Source: Antedon mediterranea
Taxonomy: Eukaryota > Animalia > Echinodermata
Direction of reading: 5' to 3'
Assembly (NCBI RefSeq): GCF_964355755.1
Contig: NC_092670.1
Coordinates: 11,022,795-11,086,794 of the forward strand
Length of the DNA stretch: 64,000 nucleotides
Part shown: piece after piece, positions 26,877 to 39,211 of the stretch
How the letters are laid out: each line of letters begins with the position of its first letter
Position numbering within the stretch: position 1 is the stretch's first letter
The notes under the pieces: model-generated
The model's database searches: none
The model's input: the letters and a program-made list of their open reading frames with translations, nothing else
Told to the model about the DNA's origin: nothing
Translations under genes and position numbers: made by a program

Positions 26877-29800
26877 CATTACATCTATATATAAATTATG
26901 GTTAATTCTGACATAGGCGAGCACAATGCAAAAACTTCGGTACAAATCTCCGCCTTGGATACCTACCTTATCTATCCGAGATGTACCGCGAAACGTAGAT
27001 TTGATAACATTAGTGTGCACGCCGACGCTATTGTTCCATATTTATATCTTAGGAAGATATTATAAAGAGTTTTTTAACAACATTTATGATTTCAACATTG
27101 GATTTTCCTCTCAATTTCAATTCTTCCCGGTCAAAGTAATTTCCGGGTTTAAGATAAGTTCACCTTAGTTTCAAATATTTTCTCTCTTTTATACACAAGG
27201 GGCAGTTAAAATAATAGATTTGATCCTAAAGGTGACTGGAAACAGGCACTTTCCATCAATCAATACAGTGTCCCTTTGGAAGACGAACAAAAAATTGGCC
27301 AATAATCATAGCCATTTCAGTTCTTTGTTTATTTTAAAACATACCACACGTGTGTGAAGGTACAGTAGTTAAATAATAGGAATTATACTGCAAATTAATA
27401 AAGATCAAATTAAATATACGCCATAAAGAATCAGAATATATTGTGGGGAATAGTATTATAAAATTACATAGGGAGATTTGATAAGACATTTTTCGAGTGA
27501 AATCCCGATAGCTGAGTTTTATTGAGTAAGCTTGCAGGAATAACTGTAGGCTATCTTCCTGTGTCCCGTTAGGACCGAGATGTCTGCCCATGTTGCAAGC
27601 CGTAGCCTAATGTCTTCTTTCTTGGGCCCACTCTGTCACGGCAGTTAGTTTCAAAAGATGATTAAATTAAATAATGTATTAATAATTATTAGGATGGTAT
27701 TCATTTGAATAAACGCCTCTCCAATAAAACATCACTTTGAATAATAAACCCCCCCCCCCTCCCCCCCCCCCCCACAACCCAACTATCTAATAAACGTCCA
27801 TCCACATATTTATAATAACACAATTATACTATTTGTAGTAGAATTCACCGCACTGTTATCTGCAATTTACCAAGCATTTGTTATTCTTTTTTACCACTTT
27901 TCATATCAATGAGAGGATTTCATTTGATTATAAATGTTACCATATTATTAGAACTAACAAATTTAACAAACAAACAATAAAAACTATACTTTAAAATGTT
28001 ATTAATCATCTAAAACACTGTGAAACAAAGTAGTTTAGTTTTACGAATGTCAAGCATTTTCAATAATGGTAACCGACAGAAAATGTATAAGGAGAACATT
28101 ATCATTCCGAGAACCATCGTCTACACTTCCTAGAGGGGGAGCGAGCGAAGCGAGCTCACCCTCTAGTTAATTATAATTTTTAGAAGTAGTTAGGCATATT
28201 TGGTGATAGTCTGGGTTCCAGATAGAGCTTTTTCTTAATATTAGTAAAAAGATAAATATGTTTGCACATATGGCGTTTCATACGTATATACTTGAGTTTG
28301 GATACTCTTGGATACACACGTATAAGTCACATGGTTTGACACCAAGAATTCTTGGTGCGTACGATTATCCAGTTGACTAGTTTCAGCCGCATGCGATTGG
28401 CTACTTGCTCGTAATATTCATATTTTAGAATTTCAAAGATTCAACAACTAAGATGATGCGCATACGCTATGATATGTTTAGACACACATGTGTACTTGGG
28501 TACATTATCGCGAAGCAAAGTGATGATGATGTGATGTGAAAGTTTCTGATGGCTAGAAATAATTTATATGCCTAGAAGTCTGGTAAACATTTGATGGGAT
28601 TTTTCCCAAGAACATGAAAACTCGACTTGATATGATAGGCTAGCTTCTCCGCAAATCAAACATTGAATGGATCATTATATTATGCAGAAATAATTTAATA
28701 AATTTCCACCCATGACCCAGACTTGGCAAAACGATATTATAATATTTCAACAGTTGTTATTTCAGTCTTGATCATACTTTTATTCGTAGTACTGTACGTA
28801 CTCGATCTTTTTAATTTTGAAACCAAATGATCATTGGTTGATTCGAAATCCATATTTACATACCGCCCACCCCATATAGCCAAATACGATATGAAAACAA
28901 CGTAATTCTTATCGGATGTTTGTGGTCTGCAAATCGATTTCTCAAGTCTGTATTTTCAAACAAAAATCGAAATAAATAAAAAAGACAATGAATTTGGTTA
29001 CAATGTTTTTTTTTTAGTAATAATGGGATGAAAATCACAATTAAATAGATAGAAAAGTATAAATATATATATATATAATAATAGCAGTGAATTAAAATAA
29101 CAGCAGTGAATTAAAATCAAACTAATATTTTTTAGATAAGACTTTTAAATTAGTTGAGCTGTAAGCCCAAGTTAGTATTAATTAAATGACAGGCGACTAC
29201 ATACATACAAGAGCATTTTGTTATGGTTATTTTTTCAACTTATATATCTTTTCAAGAAAATACTGATTTCAACCAATCTCAAGCTTTAGAAAGCGACACA
29301 AAAGATTCTACAAGTGTATCTTTCGCATTCTGAAATCGTCTCTCTAATTTTAGAATTTAAGTTGTCAGTAGGCTAAATTAATATACAAGCAGAAATGTAA
29401 TACTTACACCTGTATGTTCTATGTTTTCTACACCTCAGTTGAACGATGAATCTATCTGACAATGCAATGTTGGAACACCTCTCTTTTATGGAGATTGGTT
29501 GGGAAACAACTCAGATGTTTTCTAACCAAATCTGTTCAACTAAGATGGTTTATTTATATAATCTGAATGTTACAAATTACATTTTACTGAACAATATTTG
29601 ATTAATGTATAAGTTGGTTTAGATTTGTTGATAATTTGTTCGGCTAATTGATTCGTGAATGAGATGAAACACTTTTGTAATTTTCTTTTTAAAACACTCA
29701 AAACAGAATTATCTTTGTTCTGACTGTTTAATTAATGTTTAGCTAATTTGTTCGTGAATGAGATGAAACACTTTGTAATTTGCTGTTTGTAAACACTCAA

Positions 29801-30545
29801 GATAGAATTTGGGACTTTTTAATTTGTTTAGCTAATTTGTTTGAAATGAGATTAAACACTTTAGTAACTGGCTTTTTCAAGACAGGATGATAAGTTTGAA
29901 TGAGTTCTCAGCTACTGTTTCTTTCTACTTCTATGTCCCCAGTTGTCCATATGGCTCAGTGTTATGAATATCAATGTTAAATAACACAGAAACACTCTCA
30001 TGCATATAGTTTGTTATATTTATTAGCTTATGTAAAAAATGTTAATAACGTATTTACAGCAGGCTTCGATGTAGCTTTGTACGATTTTAGAACCAAAACA
30101 AAAAGTTTTTTCTATCCACACTAAAATGAAATCAACCAGTCTGTATCTGATCATAATAAATACATTTGTAATTAAATGAGAAAAGATGTGCCTAACTCTT
30201 GGATGTCTTTATTTATATTTTAGTTATGCATAAATGTTGTTATGTTTTATACTTGATCAACTTCTATTGATACATATTTGTTTATTTGCCATAAATTTTA
30301 TTTTTTTAGTGCATTAATTTTTACAATTATGAAAGTAATAAAATTTCAATTGAGATTCAGATACTTTAAAAAAATAAGTGACCGATAAAGAAATTAAATC
30401 TAATAATAGCAATAGCATATTTCTAGGTAAATTTGACTGTTGTATTGTAAAGACAAATGTGTGAGTTTCTTACATTCTCAATTTTAAAATTGCTGACCGG
30501 TAAAAATATTAAAAATAGAAATTAAATTTAATATTGTTCTTTTAG

Positions 30546-31225
30546 GCTTGAAGCTGTTCATTGTGGGTGTCTTCCATTGTGTCCTAACCAGCTGGTTTAT
30601 CCTGAAATATTTCCAAGTAAGTTATAATAATTTCTCAACTTACTATATAATAATATAACTGTAGTAGTCTAATTTTTGTTGTTTCAAATGCTAATTTCTT
30701 TTGACAATTTTACGGCCATGGAAAACCCTTTTTGTGAAGTAACTTATGTCATTTGAAGTGTACAGAGGTCATAATTGATTTGTCTCTAGTTTTTGTCCAG
30801 TTTATCCCATTTCCTTGTGACAATGTGGCAGCACTAAAAAAAATAATTCAATATTCCAATATTTTCTTTTATTATATTATATGGTGATGATATTGTTCAA
30901 CAAATTGCTTATTTTGTATCCCATTCCATTCCATCATTGTATTGTATTTGTATACGTTTTGGTTTATTTTTGAATAAAAATGTTTATGATTGATTGATTG
31001 AAATTAAATAATTATTGTTCCATACCAAATTACATTTTTTAAACTCTTTTTAGAGTATTTATTAATACAGAACAACAGTTATTTAAACAGCTAGTATAAT
31101 TCTGCAAAACATCAAATATTGTACGTAACTATGACAGAAGTACACTGAATGAAATCACTGCAAAATGTAGCTGGACATCTCTCAAGCAACAATATCTAAC
31201 ACTGCTTTCAAGTCAAGAATCATAA
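30546..31225 (+). pseudogene. GTDC1: Duplicated last two exons of GTDC1/QTMAN (30546-30616 and 31054-31225)
   Basis: AG|[23 protein letters not shown]|GTAAGT matches the recalled GTDC1 motif [23 protein letters not shown]; next exon YL/NTEQQLFKQLV*FCKTSNIVR..CSWTSLKQQYLTLLSSQES* matches the GTDC1 C-terminus but has a frameshift and an internal stop (31097-31099). Confidence 0.82.
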
Positions 31226-33278
31226 TGGTGTATCACAATTTTGCAAGATACATAATTGGTGTGAATGGTAAATAAATAACTTATATACTACTTTTCAATT
31301 GGTATGCACTTTTATTACACCTGCCTTAGTACAATTCTGACTAATTTGATACGTCTCATAACCTCCGGACGCCAGTATCTCCCTGTACTCGCCAACCTCC
31401 ACCCCTCTTCAATCACATCCCATACTCGGATGATTTTTTAAAAAAACCACCCACCTCAAACTCCCAACCCCTTTCCAGAAATACTTAAAATTCAATTCAA
31501 ATTGATAGCCTACTACTCTTAGCCCAAGCAAATCACCATTTCCTTTAACTCCCCCTACTCCTCCTGACTTGAGGAATTTTTTAAATGTAGTTTTAAACCT
31601 TTACAGTACAATTGCAGTCATTTTGATACCCCACATTTATGGTTACGTGCAGAAACAGAAATGTGTATAACGAACAGACATCAAAAGTGGGAAAAAGATT
31701 GGAAATTTTGACCCATAACTTGTATTCCAGATGGCGGATGATGTTCAATATAGTTTAGAACCTTCCCTGTACCATTACGGTCATTTTGATACCCCATATG
31801 TGTGCAGTAACAAAAATGTGTATAACTAACATACAAACATCAAAGTATCAAGCAGATTCATAAATTAAAATTCATACAAAAACAATTTATCAAGTTTTGT
31901 TTTTGCTGAAAGTGATTTTTTACATTAAAAGTTAGAGTTTTTCCTAAATTTTGTAGTAGTTTATTTGCTTTTTAATGTTTAATACTTACCTTGGAAAATA
32001 AATAAGCATTCAACTTGTGTTTGCTAATGTCACTAATTTCTTAGATAAAAACCAATATAATAAGATATATAACATGTAGGCCTACATTAATTGTAAGTTT
32101 TTATTTAATTTTTAATCAATTCAAAACAAGATTCAATTTAAAAACTTCAGCATTAAAAATACTCCTAAAACTACTAGAATATAATTAATTAGAATATATC
32201 ATTAATTAAAATATAGGAAATACTGATTTATGATTAGATATCAATTTGATTTTATTAATTAAAAAGCAATAATGATAATGTTACTATTATGTATTGTAGC
32301 ATAGTTTTAAATAAAAAAAAATATTTTTTACTGAATGACTTGAATATATTATTAGTTATAATATTTAAAAATGATTAATAATAAAACAGTCATTGTTACT
32401 ATTATATAATTCAAAATACAAAATTAAAAATTCCATATATAAAATTTTAAACAAATCAAAGTTGATATGACAATATATTTTGTTATACAATTTGGATTAC
32501 ATAACTAGCTTTTATTAGAATAAAATAATTATTTAATGATAAGGCCAAATGTATAATAGCTAAAAGGCTAAACAAAAGAGGACTATATCCTTATTTCTAT
32601 TATCAGAACATCTAGGTGTTAATAGGTCAAACCCAGTTAGGTTTGAATGTGTAGCTAAGTTGAAAGTGATTTTGTACGCTAATACATTCAAAGATTTAGA
32701 TCTTAAATGTTGTAGTAGTTTATTTGCTTTTAATGTTTATATACTTTCGCCTTTACCTTGGAAAATACATCAACATTTATGTAGGCCTACATTCAATGTA
32801 AGTTTTTATTTCATTTTTAATCATTTCAAAACAAGATTCATTTAAGAACTTCAGCAAATATTAGATTATAACACTACTAATTATTAATTAATGAAAATAT
32901 AGGAAATACTGATTTATGATTAGATATCAATTTGATTATAAAAAACAATGATAATAATAATAATGCTACTATGTATAAGCATAGTTTTAAATAATAAAAT
33001 AATATTTTTTTACAGAATGACTTGAATATATTATTTGGTATAATATTTAAAAAAGATGAATAATAAAACATTCATTGTTACTATTATATAATTTAAAATT
33101 CAAAATAAAAAATTCCATATATAAATTGTATACAAATCACAGTTGATATGACAATATATTTGATTATTAATGTTATAACATTTGGATTATTATAATAAAA
33201 TTTAATGATAAGGCAAAATGATATTTAAAAGAAACAAAGAGGAATCTAAATTATTCAGTAATTACAGATTCTGATTTG

Positions 33279-33404
33279 TTATGGTGGTCTTTTAACCATC
33301 ATCACTGTTGTCTTAAAAGATCAAAATAGCGATCCCAGTTGATGCCATTGAGCTGTACCTGGTGTAAGATAAAGCCCATTCAGGTCTGAATCATGAACAT
33401 TCTC
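33279..33404 (-). repeat. Single 126-bp degenerate copy of the terminal-exon 3' half in the 3'UTR of copy C
   Basis: Nearly identical to the units at 2264-2646. Confidence 0.9.
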
Positions 33405-33652
33405 TTATGGTGCTCTTTTAACCATCATCACTGTCTTCTTGAGACTTTTGTTATTATTATGGAAATGCTTCCAGTTGATGCCCATGTAAGCAGCTGTACC
33501 TGGTGTAAGGTAAAGGCCATTCAGGTTTGAAAAATGACAGCTATTGTACCACCAAGCACCTTGGAATTTCTCAGCACAGTTAATACTACTCTTATCATTG
33601 TCTCTATCATTCGTTGTAAATTGTTGACCATTGTGTAATGCCAAAGAGTCAC
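33405..33652 (-). CDS. PAN-FReD gene (copy C) exon 5, terminal
   Basis: ttgtttAG|GDSLALHNGQQFTTNDRDNDKSSINCAEKFQGAWWYNSCHFSNLNGLY...KRAP*; ficolin-like P-domain. Confidence 0.93.
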
Positions 33653-34361
33653 CTAAACAAACAAGATATTAGATCATCTTCAGTTTACTAATAAATCTTT
33701 AAATTAACATTCATTTTTAGATATTTGTTTTTCTTTGTATTTATAAAATAAAAGATATTTGATTTAAAAGGGAAAATAATAATAAACAATATACCCTACA
33801 ATTCATAATGTATTTTATAATTGATTTAATTTTGTCTGTAAAAGTGTATGCCATAGATTAAATTATAACACATTTATATAAATAGAATAGTTTTTTTTTA
33901 TATTTATTTTTATTTGTTTGTTACTATTCTTATATCATATAGTCTTTATTTTAATATTTTTATAATGTGTTTGTCATAGAGTTATTATACTTTAAAAGTA
34001 ATGCATTTCAATAATGAAGAAAACCCAAGTTATATGATACTGTACTAGAGTATATACACTATGATTTTTATTTTGAATTTCAATTTCTTTAACTTTATTT
34101 TGTGCATTGTTTGATTGAGTAGAGATTTTTATAATTTTGTTGATTAATTTTACTCCACTCCCAAAGACTTGTAATAAGAATTTGTTTATGTAGAGCATCT
34201 TGTGTATATGTTTGTCTTGTGAACCTCTGAGGGTCCCTAATGATCAGCAATAGCTGGATGGATCACCCTCATTAAATATGGTTTTAAAAAAAAACAAAAA
34301 AAAAACAGTTACTGGCAGTAATTACATTTTGTTCACTCTTTATCCTGCAATTATTAATGAT

Positions 34362-35576
34362 ATTAATCATACACATACTGTTGCATTGACTGCCTCATAA
34401 ATGCCTACTACATTAATCATACATATACTGTTGCATTGACTGCCTCATAAATGTCTACTACATTAATCATACATATACTGTTGCATTGACTGCCTCATAA
34501 ATGCCTACTACATTAATCATACACATACTGTTGCATTGACTGCCTCATAAATGTCTACTACATTAATCATACACATACTGTTGCATTGACTGTCTCATAA
34601 ATGCCTACTACATTAATCATACACATACTGTTGCATTGACTGCCTCATAAATGCCTACTACATTAATCATACACATACTGTTGCATTGACTGCCTCATAA
34701 ATGCCTACAACATTAATCATTCACATAATGTTGCATTGACTGCCTCATAAATGTCTACTACATTAATCATACACATACTGTTGCATTGACTGCCTCATAA
34801 ATGCCTACTACATTAATCATTCACATACTGTTGCATTGACTGCCTCATAAATGCCTTCTACATTAATCATACATATACTGTTGCATTGACTGCCTCATAA
34901 ATGCCTTCTACATTAACCATACACATACTGTTGCATTGACTGCCTCATAAATGCCTACTACATTAATCATACATATACTGTTGCATTGACTGCCTCATAA
35001 ATGCCTACTACATTAATCATACACATACTGTTGCATTGACTGCCTCATAAATGTCTACTACATTAATCATACACATACTGTTGCATTGACTGTCTCATAA
35101 ATGCCTACTACATTAATAATACACATACTGTTGCATTGACTGCCTCATAAATGCCTACTACATTAATCATACACATACTGTTGCATTGACTGCCTCATAA
35201 ATGCCTACAACATTAATCATTCACATAATGTTGCATTGACTGCCTCATAAATGTCTACTACATTAATCATACACATACTGTTGCATTGACTGCCTCATAA
35301 ATGCCTACTACATTAATCATTCACATACTGTTGCATTGACTGCCTCAGAAATGCCTTCTACATTAATCATACATATACTGTTGCATTGACTGCCTCATAA
35401 ATGCCTTCTACATTAACCATACACATACTGTTGCATTGACTGCCTCATAAATGCCTACTACATTAATCATACACATACTGTTGCATTGACTGCCTCATAA
35501 ATGCCTACTACATTAATCATACACATACTGTTGCATTGACTGCCTCATAAATGTCTACTACATTAATCATACACAT
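34362..35576. repeat. 50-bp minisatellite, 24 copies, with a 500-bp higher-order duplication
   Basis: Same unit as 3964-4670; diagnostic variants recur at +500 bp (34709/35209, 34905/35405). Confidence 0.97.
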
Positions 35577-35908
35577 TTTACCATGTGTTCCTCATTTATA
35601 TTTATCTATTTTTTTTGTGGTAAGATTCCATTTCTTTCCAATTTCATTTGCTACAAATGCTATAGTTCGCTAAAATTAAGGAACCTTGGGTACAGTACAT
35701 GTTTTAGGTTCTGTCCCAGTCAATGCCCTTATCATTTATTTAAGCCGTTGTAATTTTAAAAATTAATTTTATTATACACTTTAAATGTGATAAATAAAAT
35801 AAAAACATACAGTATGTGAGTAGTCCATAGACTAATTTTTACTACAAGTTACAAAGGGTGTAGGAGTGCTAAAGTATCAATGTTAATTCTTTGTTTACTT
35901 TCTTCAGA

Positions 35909-37340
35909 CTAGATGGTTCTCGAATACATAGTAATTTCATCTTTAAAATGTACATGCAGGACAATAATATTTGTCGTTTACAGTAACGAATAAATAGACA
36001 CTGTGATTTATGTACTCAACTAAAATTAGCACCCTGGGAATTACTTCCGAAAGAGAAACTTGTCACAAAATAAGACCAATTGTTTTGAAACAAACTGAAT
36101 TTGTGTTTTGTATGCAACATGAAGGTTGAGGGATAGGGAAGAGGATGGGTGCAAAGACGAACAATTTTTAAATATATTTTTTATCCATTTAGTAACGAAA
36201 TATTAATTGTTTTCATGTTTTACAAATAATATACCATTAAACCATGGAGGTATTTATACCTCCATGACTAAACACAGTAAAACATTGCTATTTAATACTT
36301 TGCTGAAACTGTCACCATATAGTCGATTGAAATAGTACACTAATAATACGACGTTTATATTTTTTGTACAGTAATTAGGTTATTAATTAATATTAACGTT
36401 CAGAAGGAACTGTCAGTAATAAAGTAGCCTAAACATCTCTATTCTGGGAATATCGTAAATTCGCTTTAATCGTCAATAAATAATTATCTAACTTAACTTA
36501 ATTAGTAGGTCTTATGGTTTTGAATTGTTTCTTAGATTAGAGCCAATTCATATTTAAGTTGGTTTCTAACCACCAAAGTTGTTCTGCGTTTAGGGCATGT
36601 GATCCTTCATACCGTACCGTAGGCCTATCCCCTAATGGCTTTACAATGCTACTCATGCCAGTGAGTGGGAGGGTGGTGGTGTGGGTGGTGGTTTAACTGC
36701 AATAATAAAGATGATTGTACATAATAGACGGCGACTGGAAAGGCTAGCTCATTATCCGTTTAAAAAAATATCTATATCCAACCTCTGGAGCACAGATTGG
36801 ATAAAATGGATCGAATTTCTGTTATGACGATACAGTACTTGTCTTTACGACGCCTGAGGGAATAGACACTTGTGGAACAGAGATTGGAATGTTCCATTTA
36901 TCGCAGATCAAAACAGTTGTATAAATGTATATTAAATCTATCAAAATAAATAAAGAAAATCGGCCTGTCTTCAACATTATGATGCTATACTCGAGCTGTT
37001 CAACCGGTTTTCAGCTATTAAAAACAATTATCGTAGGAGGAGATAGGAAAATGCGAATCATACTCGTATTATTGTGTGCGGGTATTTTTCCATGGACATT
37101 CATTAGACAGTGTATACCACGATTGGAAAACACCCCTATTTGGGGCAAATCGTTGAACCTAAATTCGTTTTAATCGTCAATAACTAATTATCTAACTAAA
37201 TTTAATTAGTAAACAGGGTTACATCAGATGGTTAAAATCAGTACCGAAAGTATGAACCAACTTTATATACCATCGAGTAAAAATTCTAGAAATAAACCGA
37301 GATTTATCGAATTTTGCCCTTACGTAAATTTATATATAGA
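35909..37340 (-). mobile_element. Helitron family 1 copy in intron 4 of copy C, terminal hairpin deleted
   Basis: Reverse-complement TC 5' end at 37340; CTAG at 35909-35912 joined directly to the subterminal atggttctcgaatac. Confidence 0.85.
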
Positions 37341-37364
37341 TAAAAATTGATTGAATATACTAAC

Positions 37365-37626
37365 CTGCAGTTCCTGTGTATCCACTGATTGTCAAAGCAT
37401 AGTTAGAGTCCTCAGTACCAATATGGAAGTGAGAATATTTTGCAAACTTTGTTACATCCAAGTAGTCCGTCATCTCTACTAATAGCTCAAAACTGCCGTT
37501 AGAAGTTATGCGGTTGATCTGTTCATTACCAAGCCAGAATTCCGAGTTCACGTTTCCAAAACCCTCTTTGTATTCTGTCCAATTACGGTAGAAATTAACT
37601 GATCCATCTTGTCTTCTCTGTATCAC
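37365..37626 (-). CDS. PAN-FReD gene (copy C) exon 4
   Basis: cAG|VIQRRQDGSVNFYRNWTEYKEGFG..EFWLGNE..YTGTA-G|GTTAGT, 262 nt. Confidence 0.93.
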
Positions 37627-38035
37627 CTGACAATGAAAATATAGTTATCTATACTCTACTGAAACAGTGATGGCAAGCCATCAAGTGGAGTAAATAGAAA
37701 TGAATGAAATGAGAACCTGACCAGTAGGCCTAATGTTATGATTAAGGTATGTCAATGAATATTAAAATTTGACTAAAATACCATTTTACATTAATTTGCT
37801 TCTTGGTTCTTAGTATGCAAGTTTTAGAACATTAGTATATAATGATTGGTCTTTCTGGCAACACTTCAACATCATTGTCAACCTGAACGTTTCCAAAGCT
37901 GTGTTAAGGCTTCCAAAGCCATACCAGTGTCTTCTGTTCCTGGCACTGTTTTAGTAATGAATTAGTAAACTGTGGCAATGATGTTGGATTTACTTATAAT
38001 ATCTTTGAATAAATTGTTGCCTACTGTATACTTAC

Positions 38036-38169
38036 TGTCCATCCTGCATCACTCCTTATCTCACAGTACACAGTAAACTGTGGTCCTCCATTATTAGTCT
38101 GTATCGCATATTCACCACTCTCGGCAGAAGGATTATATTGTAAAATTTCACTACAGTCCCTCTCTATCT
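38036..38169 (-). CDS. PAN-FReD gene (copy C) exon 3 (start of fibrinogen domain)
   Basis: ttttAG|(Q)IERDCSEILQYNPSAESGEYAIQTNNGGPQFTVYCEIRSDAGWT|GTAAGT; 134 nt, phase 1 to 0; absent from the ORF track. Confidence 0.92.
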
Positions 38170-38673
38170 CTAAAATTAAAAAAATGTTGATGTATTTATT
38201 TTTTTTTTAAAGAGCACACTGGTATATGTTAGGCATATCAGGATAGTTTATTCATAGTTTTTGCCTATTTTGTCAATAGATTAAAGTAATTTTTCTATTC
38301 ATTTTTTAGTTTTCAATGTGGACGATCTGAATCATATCTGAGTTACAACCTATGCACGCAATAAATGCTTGTGTGATTGGTTAACACTCTGTGTCTTCTA
38401 TATCCAATGGAACTCTACCTCATATATAACTCAGCAAAGAAAAAATATATATTCTTTGGTTTCATCCACGCACATGAAACCACTAAACTTTGTTTTTAAA
38501 TAAGCTTTTATTTTAACACCCAAAGAGAAAAGAGCTAGTATATATCTAATAGAGGAAAGTCAATTTCAAATTGGAAAATTAATGTAATTCATTAATGTGC
38601 AAACCTTTGATGTGAATATGATATACTACAAAATGAGTTTAATTTAATGGATATATAGAATTTGTATACTTAC

Positions 38674-38698
38674 GCCTTTCGGAATCGGTGCCCAGAAC
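38674..38698 (-). CDS. PAN-FReD gene (copy C) exon 2, 25-nt microexon
   Basis: ttttccttcAG|GTTCTGGGCACCGATTCCGAAAGGC|GTAAGT = VLGTDSER+1; supplies the phase 0 to 1 change needed between exons 1 and 3. Confidence 0.82.
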
Positions 38699-38914
38699 CT
38701 GAAGGAAAATACCGTTAATTTGTAATATTAAATTGTATAATTTCATTAGATCTTTCAAACAAAATCGTAACAAATTAGACACAAAGTCCAAACTGGCTAC
38801 AGATTTACAAACTGCTTTATCTAATAAAACAATTTTTGTTTTTTGTTTTGTTAAATCATATTACTGGATTTCATTAATACACTAAATCAGTTATGATATA
38901 CGTATATCACTTAC

Positions 38915-39211
38915 CTTTTCAATGTAACAAAATGCAGGCATTTGAATTATGTTGTTTTCAATTGATACTTCCCGTTTCCGTTTACAGCTGATTTGACAAA
39001 CACGATCTTTCTGGTTATAGTTGACCGACAAACAATCAGATTTCTTGGAACATTCCAGCAAACAATTTAGTTTGTGTATATTCTTCAACTCGTAACTCCA
39101 ACCTTCAAGAGCATGCCCCTCTAGGATAACCGTATAATCATATGTATTGATCGAATCATCACTGATGACAAAGGGAAGAAGAATGACAATAATTAAAGTT
39201 GAAGTTAGCAT
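38915..39211 (-). CDS. PAN-FReD gene (copy C) exon 1: signal peptide + PAN/apple domain
   Basis: MLTSTLIIVILLPFVISD.. then C-x3-C-x5-C-x-S-x-NY-x6-C; donor AAG|GTAAGT, phase 0. Total CDS 297+25+134+262+248 = 966 nt, 321 aa. Confidence 0.88.

Larger units (their letters stand above)
24690..28166 (+). mobile_element. Non-autonomous Helitron, family 2, with duplicated 5' end and internal tandem arrays
   Basis: a|TCTATATATAAATTATGG at 24690 and again at 26884; 3' hairpin ctagagggggagcgagcgaagcgagctcaccctCTAG|t. Confidence 0.8.

Noticed and set aside
30750-30835. Minus-strand peptide with NGINW resembling a FReD C-terminus
   Set aside because: No other FReD motifs, and the frame is not conserved in the homologous segment at ~290-535.
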